A DNA stretch of 64,000 nucleotides from Candidatus Heimdallarchaeota archaeon (GCA_019894795.1 JAGXNV010000001.1:10996-74995); one strand, 5' to 3'. Positions 27,982 through 37,413 are shown, counted from the first letter of the stretch. Numbers and translations are program-made. The notes: generated by a model from the letters alone, not told the origin.

Positions 27982-28815
27982 ATGGATATAGAGCTTGTTG
28001 AAATATTTCCAAATTCGGTCAAATTCATCTTATCAGATGTTTCATTAGCTTTTGCTAATGCTATTAGACGTTTAGCTTTAGCTGAAGTCCCATCATTAGT
28101 TATAGAAGATGTTTATGTATTAAGAAACACATCACCACTCTTTGATGAATTTATAGCGCATAGATTGGGATTAATTCCCTTGAAATATGATGTTGATGAT
28201 CTTGATTTGAATTTCAGAGATAAATGTGATTGTGGAGGAATAGGGTGCAATTTATGCACAGTGACTTTGATGCTCTCGAAGGAAACTGATAATCAAACCA
28301 ATGCTGTTGTATACAGTGGAGATCTTGTATCAGCTCAAGAAGGTGTAGAACCTATAACCACAAAAATTCCTATAGTTAAATTAGGACCAAACCAAGCTCT
28401 TGAATTGGAATGTATGGCACAATTAGGAATTGGAAAAGAACATGCCAAGTGGCAACCGGTTTCTGCAATGGGATATCAAAAATTTCCAATTCTAGAAATT
28501 AATAAAGCTAAATGTACTAATTGTCTTGCTTGTATTGAGGCTTGTTACAGAGGAGTATATCAGAAAATAGGCGATGAAGTTCAAGTTGTAAATCCTCTAA
28601 GCTGCACATTGTGCAATTATTGTCTTGATTTTTGCAAACCTGAAGCAATTAAAATTGGAAGTGATTCCTCCAAAGTTATCTTTTCTTTTGAAACAAATGG
28701 TGGTATCCCACCTTCCAAGATACTTTCTAAAACAGGTGAAATACTTCTCACAAACATCGACGAATTCAAAAAGACATTAGAGTCATCGTTATTAGAAAAA
28801 GAAGTAAAAGAATGA
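27982..28815 (+). CDS. rpoD: DNA-directed RNA polymerase subunit D (Rpo3) with a ferredoxin-like Cys cluster domain
   Basis: The N-terminus contains FANAIRRLALAEVPS. Cys clusters are CTNCLACIEAC and CTLCNYCLDFC. It is followed by eL18-uL13-uS9 as in the conserved archaeal operon. Confidence 0.85.
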   Translation: MDIELVEIFPNSVKFILSDVSLAFANAIRRLALAEVPSLVIEDVYVLRNTSPLFDEFIAHRLGLIPLKYDVDDLDLNFRDKCDCGGIGCNLCTVTLMLSKETDNQTNAVVYSGDLVSAQEGVEPITTKIPIVKLGPNQALELECMAQLGIGKEHAKWQPVSAMGYQKFPILEINKAKCTNCLACIEACYRGVYQKIGDEVQVVNPLSCTLCNYCLDFCKPEAIKIGSDSSKVIFSFETNGGIPPSKILSKTGEILLTNIDEFKKTLESSLLEKEVKE

Positions 28816-28826
28816 AGTGAGCTTAA

Positions 28827-29192
28827 ATGCCAAGAAGAACAGGGCCAACAGATCCAAATATTATACAGTTAATTAATCAGCTAAAAAAGAAATCAGCTGA
28901 AACAAATGTTTCCATTTGGAAAACCATCGCTGAAAAAATAGAGAAACCTCGAAGAAAGAGAGCTGCTATTAATCTTAGCAAAATCAATCGGTTCTCCAAA
29001 GAAAATGAAATTATAATTGTTCCAGGATCTGTTCTAAGTTCAGGAAAACTTGATCATCCTGTTACAATTGCAGCTATAAAAACCTCTGAACAGACAAAAG
29101 AAAAGATTCGAGCAACAAATAGTAAATTCCTTACAATTCATGAATTACTAGACTCTAAGCATGAGGTTGGAAAAATGAGAATACTAATCTAA
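28827..29192 (+). CDS. rpl18e: 50S ribosomal protein eL18 (L18e)
   Basis: MPRRTGPTDPN...INLSKINR...VPGSVLSSGKL matches the L18e pattern, and the operon position fits. Confidence 0.85.
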   Translation: MPRRTGPTDPNIIQLINQLKKKSAETNVSIWKTIAEKIEKPRRKRAAINLSKINRFSKENEIIIVPGSVLSSGKLDHPVTIAAIKTSEQTKEKIRATNSKFLTIHELLDSKHEVGKMRILI

Positions 29193-29206
29193 TCAAGGTG
29201 AATTAA

Positions 29207-29677
29207 ATGGTAAAAACTGAAAAAAACATAGAAACACAGTTGGTAGCTTCTAAACTAATAATAGACGCAGAAAATGCGATTTTAGGTCGATTGTGTTCCG
29301 AAGTTGCCAAGCTTCTACTAGACGGTTATGCTGTAAATATTGTAAATTGTGAAAATGCAGTAATTTCAGGAAAACGACATTCGGTTTTAAACGAATATAG
29401 AAATATGCATAAAATTCACACTGCATCTAATCCCAGACGGGGACCTTTTCATCCTAAACGACCTGATAGATTAGTACGACGAACTGTGAGAGGAATGCTT
29501 CCTTGGAAAAAGAGCAAAGGTAGAACTGCATATCATAAACTTCTAACATATATTGGAGTACCCGACGAGTTTTCTGGTGCTGAAATCATTAAACCAAAAC
29601 ATGCTGATGCAAGCAAATTGGATTGTAAAACAATAACAGTTGGAAAATTATGTGAGGAATTTGGCTGGCAAAGATAA
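29207..29677 (+). CDS. rpl13: 50S ribosomal protein uL13
   Basis: IDAENAILGRLCSEVAKLL and GMLPWKKSKGR are present. An AAGGTGA Shine-Dalgarno sequence lies upstream. Confidence 0.9.
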   Translation: MVKTEKNIETQLVASKLIIDAENAILGRLCSEVAKLLLDGYAVNIVNCENAVISGKRHSVLNEYRNMHKIHTASNPRRGPFHPKRPDRLVRRTVRGMLPWKKSKGRTAYHKLLTYIGVPDEFSGAEIIKPKHADASKLDCKTITVGKLCEEFGWQR

Positions 29678-29689
29678 GGTGTGATTAAT

Positions 29690-30094
29690 ATGGGTAAAGT
29701 TATTGTTTCATCAGGAAAAAGAAAAACTGCTATTGCACGAGCAACTATTAAATTAGGAAAAGGAAGAATCAGAATAAATGGAGTCCCCTTAGAGGTTCTA
29801 CCAAATGAACTAAAAAGAGTTAAGATTAGCGAAATATTCGTTCTCGCAGGGGATGAGAAGAGAGATTCTGTTGATATTAGGGTAAAAGTAAGGGGAGGCG
29901 GATTTATGGGACAAGCTGAAGCGGTTCGCACCGCAATTGCTAGAGGCTTAATTGAATTTTTTGATGACATGGGTCTAAAAGAGAAATTCATAGATTACGA
30001 TAAAACAATTGTCTCTGGTGATCCAAGAAGAACTGAACCCAAACACTTTGGTGGTAAAAGTTCTCGTTCAAGATTCCAAAAATCCTACCGATAA
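29690..30094 (+). CDS. rps9: 30S ribosomal protein uS9
   Basis: [23 protein letters not shown] is present and the C-terminus is ...RFQKSYR. An AAGGTGTGAT Shine-Dalgarno sequence precedes the ATG at 29690. Confidence 0.9.
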   Translation: MGKVIVSSGKRKTAIARATIKLGKGRIRINGVPLEVLPNELKRVKISEIFVLAGDEKRDSVDIRVKVRGGGFMGQAEAVRTAIARGLIEFFDDMGLKEKFIDYDKTIVSGDPRRTEPKHFGGKSSRSRFQKSYR

Positions 30095-30129
30095 CTTTTT
30101 CCCTTTCATTATTTATATTTTTAATTAAG

Positions 30130-31167
30130 ATGTCAGCTGTTTTAGATTGTTCTATTGGTGAAGGTGGAGGTTCAATTGTACGCATAGCTACTGCTTTGGC
30201 AGCAGCAACAAATTCTCCATTGAAGCTTGTCAACATACGTTCTAATAGACCAAATCCTGGGTTAAGATCTCAACATCTAGAAGCAATAAATGCTTTAAGA
30301 CAACTCTCTGGTTTCGAAGTTGTTGGAGCAAATTTGGGAAGTAAAGAATTGTCTTTTGATAAATATGGGAAAAGAAGGAATGATGCAACAGTTAAAATCA
30401 ACACAGCTGGGAGTATATCTCTTGTAGCTCAAGCTGTTCAATATTATGCTTTGAATAATGGGTCTCAAATTATTCTCAACATACAAGGAGGTGCAACTCA
30501 TGGCAAGTGGGCTCCTTCAGTTGAATTTGTTGAAAATGTAACTTTCAAGATTCTTGAAAAGATGAATAAACTAATTACTGTTGATATCAACCAATATGGA
30601 TATTATCCTAAGGGTGGGGCGCAGAGTCGCTTTATTTTCAAACCTCATAATAAAATAATACCGTTAGATTTAACAGAAAAAGGTACATTGGAAGAGATTT
30701 CTGTTTTTTCAACAGTTTCGTCTCATCTTAGAAAGAGAAATGTTGCAGAAAGGCAATTGGAAACATTTGCTAAATTAACAAAACAACCAGAAAAGATTGT
30801 TCCTCATATAAACTATGTAAATAGTAACTCTCCTGGTACTGGTCTAACAATTGTAAACAAATACTCGACTGGAGCCATTAAGGGATGTTTTACACCTGGA
30901 GAAAAATCAATAACCGCAGAGCAAGTTGGAGAAATGTGTTGGGAAAAATGGAAAGATTTAGAGAATAATGGTGCTGCTGTGGATTCCTTTACGGCTGATC
31001 AACTGATAGTAGCAATGGCATTAGCTGAGGGAAATTCGACAATAACAGTAGATAGCTTGACTAATCACACTAAAACAAACATTGATTTGATTCAGAAATT
31101 TATTTCAGTAACAATCAATGTAAAGAAAAGAAATGGATACTATCATGTAACCATAAAACCTCATTAA
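30130..31167 (+). CDS. rtcA: RNA 3'-terminal phosphate cyclase
   Basis: GEGGGSIVRIATALAAATNSPLKLVNIRSNRPNPGLRSQHL is present. The C-terminal motif NHTKTNIDLIQKF aligns with the E. coli RtcA nucleophile-His region (CHLLTNIAVVERF). Confidence 0.8.
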   Translation: MSAVLDCSIGEGGGSIVRIATALAAATNSPLKLVNIRSNRPNPGLRSQHLEAINALRQLSGFEVVGANLGSKELSFDKYGKRRNDATVKINTAGSISLVAQAVQYYALNNGSQIILNIQGGATHGKWAPSVEFVENVTFKILEKMNKLITVDINQYGYYPKGGAQSRFIFKPHNKIIPLDLTEKGTLEEISVFSTVSSHLRKRNVAERQLETFAKLTKQPEKIVPHINYVNSNSPGTGLTIVNKYSTGAIKGCFTPGEKSITAEQVGEMCWEKWKDLENNGAAVDSFTADQLIVAMALAEGNSTITVDSLTNHTKTNIDLIQKFISVTINVKKRNGYYHVTIKPH

Positions 31168-31339
31168 ACGTACCAGTTTTCGTTTTTCTTATTTCTTTCT
31201 TAACGACATATTTATATGATGCTATACAAGTCGGAGTACGACATTAGAGCATCTAATCTCTGTATAATTAGCTCTAATAGTCAATAAGATAAATTTAGTG
31301 AATTACACTAATTAAATAAAATATTAAGGACGTGAAAAT

Positions 31340-32341
31340 ATGGGGCATAGAAAGGCAAGCGCACCCCATCGATCATCATTAGGATATCGAAGGGTAAGAG
31401 CGCGACGAGTAGTACCTGCACCTCGCGCATGGCAAACATACGAGGGTGCTCCTAAGTTACTAGGTTTTCTTGGTATCAAAGCTGGGATGACGCATTGTGA
31501 ATATCTTGAAGATAAGCCAAGAAGCCATTTAGTAAATAGGGAAGTTACTGTAGCAGTAACTTGTATTGAGACACCACCAAATGTTGTATTTGGATTGCGT
31601 GGTTACAAAAAATCACCATATGGTCTCAAAATAGTTGCTGATTTAATTACAACTGAAACAAAAGAAGAGCTTAAAAGAAGAGTAAAACCTCCTAAACAAT
31701 ATGATCTTGAGAAAGCCAAGAAGGAATTTGAGAGTCATCTAGAAGAAATTGTTGAGTTACGTGCAATTATACACACTCAACCTTATCTTACAGGAATTGG
31801 TATGAAAACCCCTCAAATAGCTGAAATCAAGATTGGTTGTTCAAAAATAGCGGAAGGTTATCAATATGGTCTCTCTCTTCTAGGAAAAGAAGTACTTATT
31901 CGAGATGTTTTCAAAGCTGGCGAATTTGTAGATTCTATTGGTGTAACAAAAGGAAAAGGTTTCCAAGGACCCGTCAAGAGACATGGAATTAAAATTCTTC
32001 AACACAAATCTAAAGGGACAAAAAGAGGTGTTGGATCTATAGGTCCATGGCATCCTGCTAGGACAATGTGGACAATTCCACGATATGGTCAAATGGGTTT
32101 CAATGTGAGAACCGAGTATAATAAGCGAATTATGCAAATTGGTTCTGACGGAGCACAAATTGTTCCTAAAGGTGGTTTCGTGAAATATGGTGTTGTAAAG
32201 AACAATTATGTTCTGCTTAAAGGTTCTGTTCAAGGTCCTAAGAAGCGTACGATCATGTTAAGAGAACCTGTTAGGAAAGCTCCACAACCTGAGAAGGAAC
32301 CACAAATACTTTACATCTCAACAAAGAGTCAACAGGGTTAG
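31340..32341 (+). CDS. rpl3: 50S ribosomal protein uL3
   Basis: PRHGSLGY-type N-terminus (APHRSSLGYRR), and GKGFQGPVKRHG. Confidence 0.9.
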   Translation: MGHRKASAPHRSSLGYRRVRARRVVPAPRAWQTYEGAPKLLGFLGIKAGMTHCEYLEDKPRSHLVNREVTVAVTCIETPPNVVFGLRGYKKSPYGLKIVADLITTETKEELKRRVKPPKQYDLEKAKKEFESHLEEIVELRAIIHTQPYLTGIGMKTPQIAEIKIGCSKIAEGYQYGLSLLGKEVLIRDVFKAGEFVDSIGVTKGKGFQGPVKRHGIKILQHKSKGTKRGVGSIGPWHPARTMWTIPRYGQMGFNVRTEYNKRIMQIGSDGAQIVPKGGFVKYGVVKNNYVLLKGSVQGPKKRTIMLREPVRKAPQPEKEPQILYISTKSQQG

Positions 32342-32354
32342 GAATGAGGCGATA

Positions 32355-33155
32355 ATGATGAGTACAAAAATATATTCCATCAAAGGGAAAAAACTTTCAG
32401 AGACAATAGAGCTTCCTGAAGTTTTTCAGACACAATTACGACCAGACATAATTAAGAGAGCTGTACTAGCGGAACAAACCAGAAAAAGACAACCAAAAGG
32501 TGTTAGTCCTCTAGCTGGAAAGTTAGTCGGTGTAGAAAATTGGGGTACTGGTCGAGGTGCTGCAAGAGTGCCCAGAATTAAAGGTTCTAGAACACACAGT
32601 GCTCAAAGAACTGCATTCATTCCACAAGCACGAGGTGGTCATAGAGCCCATCCTCCTAAAGCTGAGAAAAAAATAGTGGAAAAAATCAATCGCAAAGAAC
32701 ATCTAATAGCTCTGAAATCTGCTATTGCATATACAGCACAAAAAGAATCAGTTGGCCAAAGAGGACATCGTTTTGATGATAAAACTGTCTTCCCAATCAT
32801 TGTTGAATCAAAGGCAGAAGAGCTAGAAAAAACTCAAGAAGTTATAACCTTATTAGATAATCTAGGTCTATCTTTAGAATTACTAAGAGTGAAATTCGGT
32901 AAAAATGTTCGCCCTGGTAAAGGTAAAAGACGAGGACGTAAATACAAAGTCCCCGTTGGACCATTGATTGTAATAGGTAATAGTGAATGCTCTTTAGCAA
33001 AAGCAGGAAGAAACATCCTAGGAACCAGTGTTGTTTCAGTAAATAAACTTACAACTGAATTATTAGCTCCTGGAACTCATCCTGGAAGATTGACAATTTG
33101 GACAGTAGATGCGATAAATTCGTTGAAAGAGCGCTTTACTTCAGGTGATAAATAA
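32355..33155 (+). CDS. rpl4: 50S ribosomal protein uL4
   Basis: RQPKGVSPLAGK...WGTGRGAARVPR...GGHRAHPPK matches uL4, and the gene order L3-L4-L23-L2 fits. Confidence 0.9.
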   Translation: MMSTKIYSIKGKKLSETIELPEVFQTQLRPDIIKRAVLAEQTRKRQPKGVSPLAGKLVGVENWGTGRGAARVPRIKGSRTHSAQRTAFIPQARGGHRAHPPKAEKKIVEKINRKEHLIALKSAIAYTAQKESVGQRGHRFDDKTVFPIIVESKAEELEKTQEVITLLDNLGLSLELLRVKFGKNVRPGKGKRRGRKYKVPVGPLIVIGNSECSLAKAGRNILGTSVVSVNKLTTELLAPGTHPGRLTIWTVDAINSLKERFTSGDK

Positions 33156-33415
33156 TGGATCCGTATAAAATAATAATAAAGCCCCTTATCTCTGAGAAAG
33201 ACTTTGAGCTAATAGAGAAAGAAAATAAATTGGTTATCCAAGTTGCTTTGAATGCTACAAAACACCAAATCAAAGAGGCTATGGAAAAACTGTACGAGGT
33301 TCAAGTTCTCAAAGTGAACACATTGATCACACCAAAAGGAACAAAGAAGGCTTATGTCAAATTAAGTCAATTTGACGATGCAGCTGACATAGCTTCAAGA
33401 ATGGGATTATTCTAA
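33155..33415 (+). CDS. rpl23: 50S ribosomal protein uL23
   Basis: This 86-aa protein contains IKPLISEK...KKAYVKL. Its start overlaps the L4 stop (TAATG). Confidence 0.9.
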   Translation: MDPYKIIIKPLISEKDFELIEKENKLVIQVALNATKHQIKEAMEKLYEVQVLKVNTLITPKGTKKAYVKLSQFDDAADIASRMGLF

Positions 33416-33429
33416 AGGAAGTGAATTAA

Positions 33430-34167
33430 ATGGGTAAGAAAATATTAGTTCAACGAAGAGGTAGAGGAACATCACAATTCCGCGCAGCTTCCCATAAGAG
33501 AAAAGGTAGTATTAAATATAGAAAAATCACTAAAATTGAATATACTGATGAGAAAATAATCGGTTCAGTTAAAGATCTTGTACATGACCCTGGAAGAGGT
33601 GCTCCTGTAGCTATAGTTCTGTTTCAAGATGGATTGAAAAAAGTAATATTACCTTCCGAAGGATTAAGAGTAGGGCAAACAATAGAGTATGGTGCTGGTG
33701 CATCAGTTGTTATAGGAAACACGATGCCCTTACAATCTATTCCTGATGGTTCCCCTGTTTTTAATATTGAATTGACACCTGGAGACGGCGGTCGATTAAT
33801 CCGTGCTAGTGGTGGATACGCAACCATTTTAGGCCGTGATAAAGGCAAAGTAACACTTCAATTACCAAGTGGTGAAATGAAAGAAATTCCTCAAAGATGT
33901 CGAGCAACAATTGGTATTGTTGCTGGAGGAGGAAGAACTGAAAAACCATTTGTTAAAGCAGGAAACAAACATTATCTCAAAAAAGCAAAAGGTCACTATT
34001 ATCCAAGAGTGAGAGGTGTTGCAATGAATGCTGTATCTCATCCACATGGTGGTGGAGCACATCAAAGCCCTCCACGTGCAACAACAGTTTCAAGACATGC
34101 TCAGCCTGGAAGAAAAGTCGGTCTAATAGCAGCAAGAAGAAGTGGAAGAAGAAGAGGCAAAAAGTAG
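33430..34167 (+). CDS. rpl2: 50S ribosomal protein uL2
   Basis: Motifs present: GRGAPVA, GGRTEKP, VRGVAMNAVSHPHGGG. The C-terminal tail is basic. Confidence 0.95.
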   Translation: MGKKILVQRRGRGTSQFRAASHKRKGSIKYRKITKIEYTDEKIIGSVKDLVHDPGRGAPVAIVLFQDGLKKVILPSEGLRVGQTIEYGAGASVVIGNTMPLQSIPDGSPVFNIELTPGDGGRLIRASGGYATILGRDKGKVTLQLPSGEMKEIPQRCRATIGIVAGGGRTEKPFVKAGNKHYLKKAKGHYYPRVRGVAMNAVSHPHGGGAHQSPPRATTVSRHAQPGRKVGLIAARRSGRRRGKK

Positions 34168-34207
34168 TTTTGCCCTTTAAGTTTTTTTATTTTTTTTACT
34201 TTTTAAA
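34168..34207 (+). terminator. oligo-T terminator region after rpl2
   Basis: GTTTTTTTATTTTTTTTACTTTTT lies directly downstream of the L2 stop. Confidence 0.4.
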
Positions 34208-34260
34208 TAACATAGTCATTAAAAACTGAAAACCATGATATACAATTAAGGAGTATTAGA

Positions 34261-35004
34261 ATGCAAAACAAGAAAACATACGGAGATGTCGAATTTATAT
34301 TTGAAAAACCTCAAAACTTTGAAGGTTGTGTTCTATTAAATGGTTGGCATGGGATTGGAGAATGCGGTTTTATATCAATGAGTCATTTAGTTGAAAACTT
34401 AAAATTAGAACGAATCGGCTTTATTGTTACAAATAATATACCTCAGTTTATTTCTATCAAAAATGAGCAAATTACATTTCCTTTTGAAATCTATCGCAAA
34501 GATAACTTAGTTGTAATATTACCCATTTTTGAACCAATAAAATCTGAGCATTTGATTTTTACCAAGACTATAGTTGAATGGTCTATTGAAGAGAAATTCC
34601 AACAAGCCATTCTTATTGGCGGCTTAGATAAACGTTTACAAGATGAACACTCTGTCAAAGGTATTTACACTCGTTCCTTTAAACGAGGAGAAAACACCTC
34701 CGCAATCCCTGTTCTTGATGAGGGGTTGTATGTTACAGGTCCTTTAGCTTACATGCTGATGTTTTATGAACTTAATCAGTTTCCAGCTGTGGCGCTTTTA
34801 CCGTATGCTGAGAGATCAAGACCTGATCCCGTTGCTGCGAGTGCAGCTATAGAGCAAATAAATATCCTTCTTGGTACAAGTATTGATACAGAAGGTTTGT
34901 TAAAAGAAGCTGAAAAGATAGAAAAGGAAATAGAGTCCCTAATTCAAGCAAGCAAGCCAAAACAAGATAGAGATAAAGATTCTGACCAAGGAATGTTTGT
35001 TTAA
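34261..35004 (+). CDS. PAC2-family proteasome assembly chaperone (PbaA/PbaB-like)
   Basis: CVLLNGWHGIGECGFISMSHLVENL is typical of PAC2/DUF75. The C-terminus ends ...QGMFV (hydrophobic-aromatic-X). Confidence 0.65.
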   Translation: MQNKKTYGDVEFIFEKPQNFEGCVLLNGWHGIGECGFISMSHLVENLKLERIGFIVTNNIPQFISIKNEQITFPFEIYRKDNLVVILPIFEPIKSEHLIFTKTIVEWSIEEKFQQAILIGGLDKRLQDEHSVKGIYTRSFKRGENTSAIPVLDEGLYVTGPLAYMLMFYELNQFPAVALLPYAERSRPDPVAASAAIEQINILLGTSIDTEGLLKEAEKIEKEIESLIQASKPKQDRDKDSDQGMFV

Positions 35005-35017
35005 AGATAAAAAAAAT

Positions 35018-35108
35018 TGGCGGACCAAGCAGGATTTGAACCTGCGAATTCCGGCTTTCTTCCTAATTTCCGGAGGCCGGAGCCTTATCCATACTAGACT
35101 ATTGGTCC
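35018..35108 (-). tRNA. tRNA-Arg (anticodon CCG) with a 13-nt intron at the canonical 37/38 position, CCA encoded
   Basis: Hand fold: acceptor GGACCAA/TTGGTCC, U8, D stem GTCT/AGGC, anticodon stem CCGGC ... GCCGG. The stem halves are separated by 20 nt (7-nt loop CTCCGG..A plus AAATTAGGAAGAA). T arm is GCAGG-TTCAAAT-CCTGC, discriminator G, then CCA. Confidence 0.75.
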
Positions 35109-35161
35109 CTCTTTCTTTTAACTACTAAAAACCCCATTTCTATTAATTTTACCAAAAACCA

Positions 35162-36280
35162 CTAGATATCGTAAGAGAAATCTTCCTTTTCCTTTTGAAG
35201 TAAAAACTCTTCAGAAATTGATAATTTAGCAACATCTTTGAATTTGTCCTTTGTTTTGAGCAAATCTAATGTTAAAATCTTTAATCTCTCTACGAGACTC
35301 TCTAACCCTTTTTCTTTTAGAGTAGAAATTTGAAACTCTGTATCAAACTCTTCATTGGCTTTTGCAATTTGGTCTTTGGAAAGAATATCAACCTTATTGA
35401 GAACTCGAATGGTAGGATTATCGGTAAACTCCTTGGAAATATCTTCAAGTAAGTGATTTTGTTCTTCTATTGATAATTCAGCATCTTTTGAATAGTCAAA
35501 CAAATAGACAATAATGTCCGAGATATAGTTGATCGAAGCGATACTCTGACGCTCAATTAAGTTACGTTCTTCAAAAGGACGATCCAACAAACCAGGGGTG
35601 TCAACTACTTGAACGAGCGTTAAACCAAAATTTGCATGACCAAAAACTACCTCTTTTGTTGTAAAAGGATATTCTCCAATTTCAGGAGAGCCAGAAGATA
35701 TGCATCTAACAAGAGAAGATTTGCCAACATTAGGTGCACCAGCAATGACTATGGTTGGAAGAGTGGTGTTGAAATCGGGAACAGCTTTAAGTTTTTTAAC
35801 AATCCGTATAAGATATTTCACATCACCTTGAGCTTTTTTAACAAGAGAAACATATCTCCCGCTTGTTGCTTTTCTTATCGAAGCCATAACATTAGGGTGA
35901 TTGGTATCATATAATTTCTGCAATTCTTCTCGTTCAATCTCTTGTAATTGATTTGATATACCCTTTAATCTACCAAGAATTTGCTTAATCTTATCAACAC
36001 TACCAATTAAGTTAATTATCTCTTGATAGAAAGGATGAATATCCTCAACCCAAGGAAATTGATCGATAATACTATCTATTTTTCTTGTTAACTCATAGGT
36101 TAAAGTTGTGATTTTATCTTTCTCAAGAAAGTATAACTTTCGTTCTCTGCTGATTCTTTTCTTAATTCGCGTTCTTCTAACCGCAGCACTCTGTTGAAAG
36201 GCATTAGAAATGATTTCACTTACAGGGGAAATATATGCAACATTTCTGAATGGATTGCTAGTTTTCGATTGCTTTCTCAA
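35162..36280 (-). CDS. Nog1-family (Obg-like) GTPase
   Basis: It has a NOG1-type N-terminal domain. G1 is IAGAPNVGKSS, G2 is FTTKE, G3 is DTPGLLDRP and G4 is NKVD. Confidence 0.8.
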   Translation of the reverse strand: MRKQSKTSNPFRNVAYISPVSEIISNAFQQSAAVRRTRIKKRISRERKLYFLEKDKITTLTYELTRKIDSIIDQFPWVEDIHPFYQEIINLIGSVDKIKQILGRLKGISNQLQEIEREELQKLYDTNHPNVMASIRKATSGRYVSLVKKAQGDVKYLIRIVKKLKAVPDFNTTLPTIVIAGAPNVGKSSLVRCISSGSPEIGEYPFTTKEVVFGHANFGLTLVQVVDTPGLLDRPFEERNLIERQSIASINYISDIIVYLFDYSKDAELSIEEQNHLLEDISKEFTDNPTIRVLNKVDILSKDQIAKANEEFDTEFQISTLKEKGLESLVERLKILTLDLLKTKDKFKDVAKLSISEEFLLQKEKEDFSYDI

Positions 36281-36282
36281 TA

Positions 36283-37413
36283 TTAATCACTTTCTGAATC
36301 TAGTATGGTCATATCAATTTCATGCTCAAAATATTCGGGAAGATTCTTCATTACTTCTTTTCTTCGAATTAGGTACTCCTCCTGATATTTCAAGACCATC
36401 TTTAATAAGCGAGGTTTACAATCAAGGCCACAAATGAGCCTACCACCAAGACAACCTTGGCGAGTTTCTTCTAAATCCTTGTCATCTTGAATGAAATACT
36501 TCTCAAACCAATCGAAAACAGTACAGATGTATGGATTTGCACCAAGTTCTCTTTGTTCTTGAATTGTAGCTCTTCCCCCAGTAAATGCACTCATAATCTT
36601 CTTTTTAACGGTTTTAGCATCATCTCTTAAGAATACACAGGTCTCTGGAGCTGAAGAAGACATAGGCCCTCCAGTGAGTCCTTTCATGTATTTAATGTAC
36701 AAAGAAGCAGGTAAAGGGATTTTTCTCTTCCTTGCTATATCTCTGGTTAAACGCATGTAAACGTCTTGATCGAGACCGATAGGAACAACGACAGGAAACC
36801 CATCGTCAACCGTTGGTTGAAGGATGTGAGCAGCTTGAATACAAGTATAAAAGACAGTTCCTGCATTTTCATCTCCGTTTAAACCTAGAGCCGCTTTAAT
36901 TGCGTTATATGTTTGATTGATTGAAAATGTTAAAGCTAGGTATTGGATTCTAGGTGTAACGCTTGAAATATATGCATGAACATTTTCCGGTTGAAAACCA
37001 AGTGCAAAAATGTCAATAGCATTTTCTAATGCTGGTCTAGCTGTGTTTTCTAAGCTGTCAACTTTGCGAAAAACATATTTCTCGTCATCAGATAAGGGCA
37101 TATAGTAATTACAGTTATATTTTGTTTGCAAGTAGCGAATTAATTCAAAAAGAATCAAGTGCCCAAAATGTAAATCATTTGAAGGACCTCGACCGCTGAT
37201 AATTGCGAATCCTTTATTCTGCTCAACTCTATCAAGTATTTTATCAAAATCTCTGTGGGCAAAAACAACACCTCTTCTAAAGAATAAATGGTCTTTACCT
37301 ACTCGTGACACAATATTGTCAGTTTTAGCTATACCAAATTCTTTGAGAATGACCTCATAGTCGGTTCTTTTCTCTATGTCTTGGTTTTCTGCATTTTTGC
37401 TCATTCTAAACAC
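36283..37413 (-). CDS. trpS: tryptophanyl-tRNA synthetase
   Basis: SGRGPSNDLHFGHLILF is the HIGH motif. LSDDEKY is present. GPMSSSAPE is the KMSKS-type motif. The context is archaeal/eukaryotic TrpRS-like. Confidence 0.85.
   Translation of the reverse strand: MFRMSKNAENQDIEKRTDYEVILKEFGIAKTDNIVSRVGKDHLFFRRGVVFAHRDFDKILDRVEQNKGFAIISGRGPSNDLHFGHLILFELIRYLQTKYNCNYYMPLSDDEKYVFRKVDSLENTARPALENAIDIFALGFQPENVHAYISSVTPRIQYLALTFSINQTYNAIKAALGLNGDENAGTVFYTCIQAAHILQPTVDDGFPVVVPIGLDQDVYMRLTRDIARKRKIPLPASLYIKYMKGLTGGPMSSSAPETCVFLRDDAKTVKKKIMSAFTGGRATIQEQRELGANPYICTVFDWFEKYFIQDDKDLEETRQGCLGGRLICGLDCKPRLLKMVLKYQEEYLIRRKEVMKNLPEYFEHEIDMTILDSESD

Noticed and set aside
29533-29991. A 152-aa minus-strand ORF, together with many similar 60-120-aa ORFs antisense to well-supported genes. 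Examples are 684-884, 2647-3133, 14588-15077, 31880-32233, 33624-34065, 47737-48030, 53117-53476, 55064-55448, 61260-61565, 61784-62173 and 63339-63677.
   Set aside because: Each lies fully inside, and antisense to, a gene with strong family motifs. They have low-complexity or odd composition and no Shine-Dalgarno or promoter context. I treat them as shadow ORFs.
30130-31167. I suspected the RtcA homolog was a non-catalytic Rcl1-like protein, because the AAVDSFTADQL segment lacks a His.
   Set aside because: As I recall E. coli RtcA, that segment (GEYLADQL) also has no His. The nucleophilic His lies further downstream (CHLLTNIAVVERF), and this protein has the matching NHTKTNIDLIQKF. It therefore looks like a catalytic RtcA.
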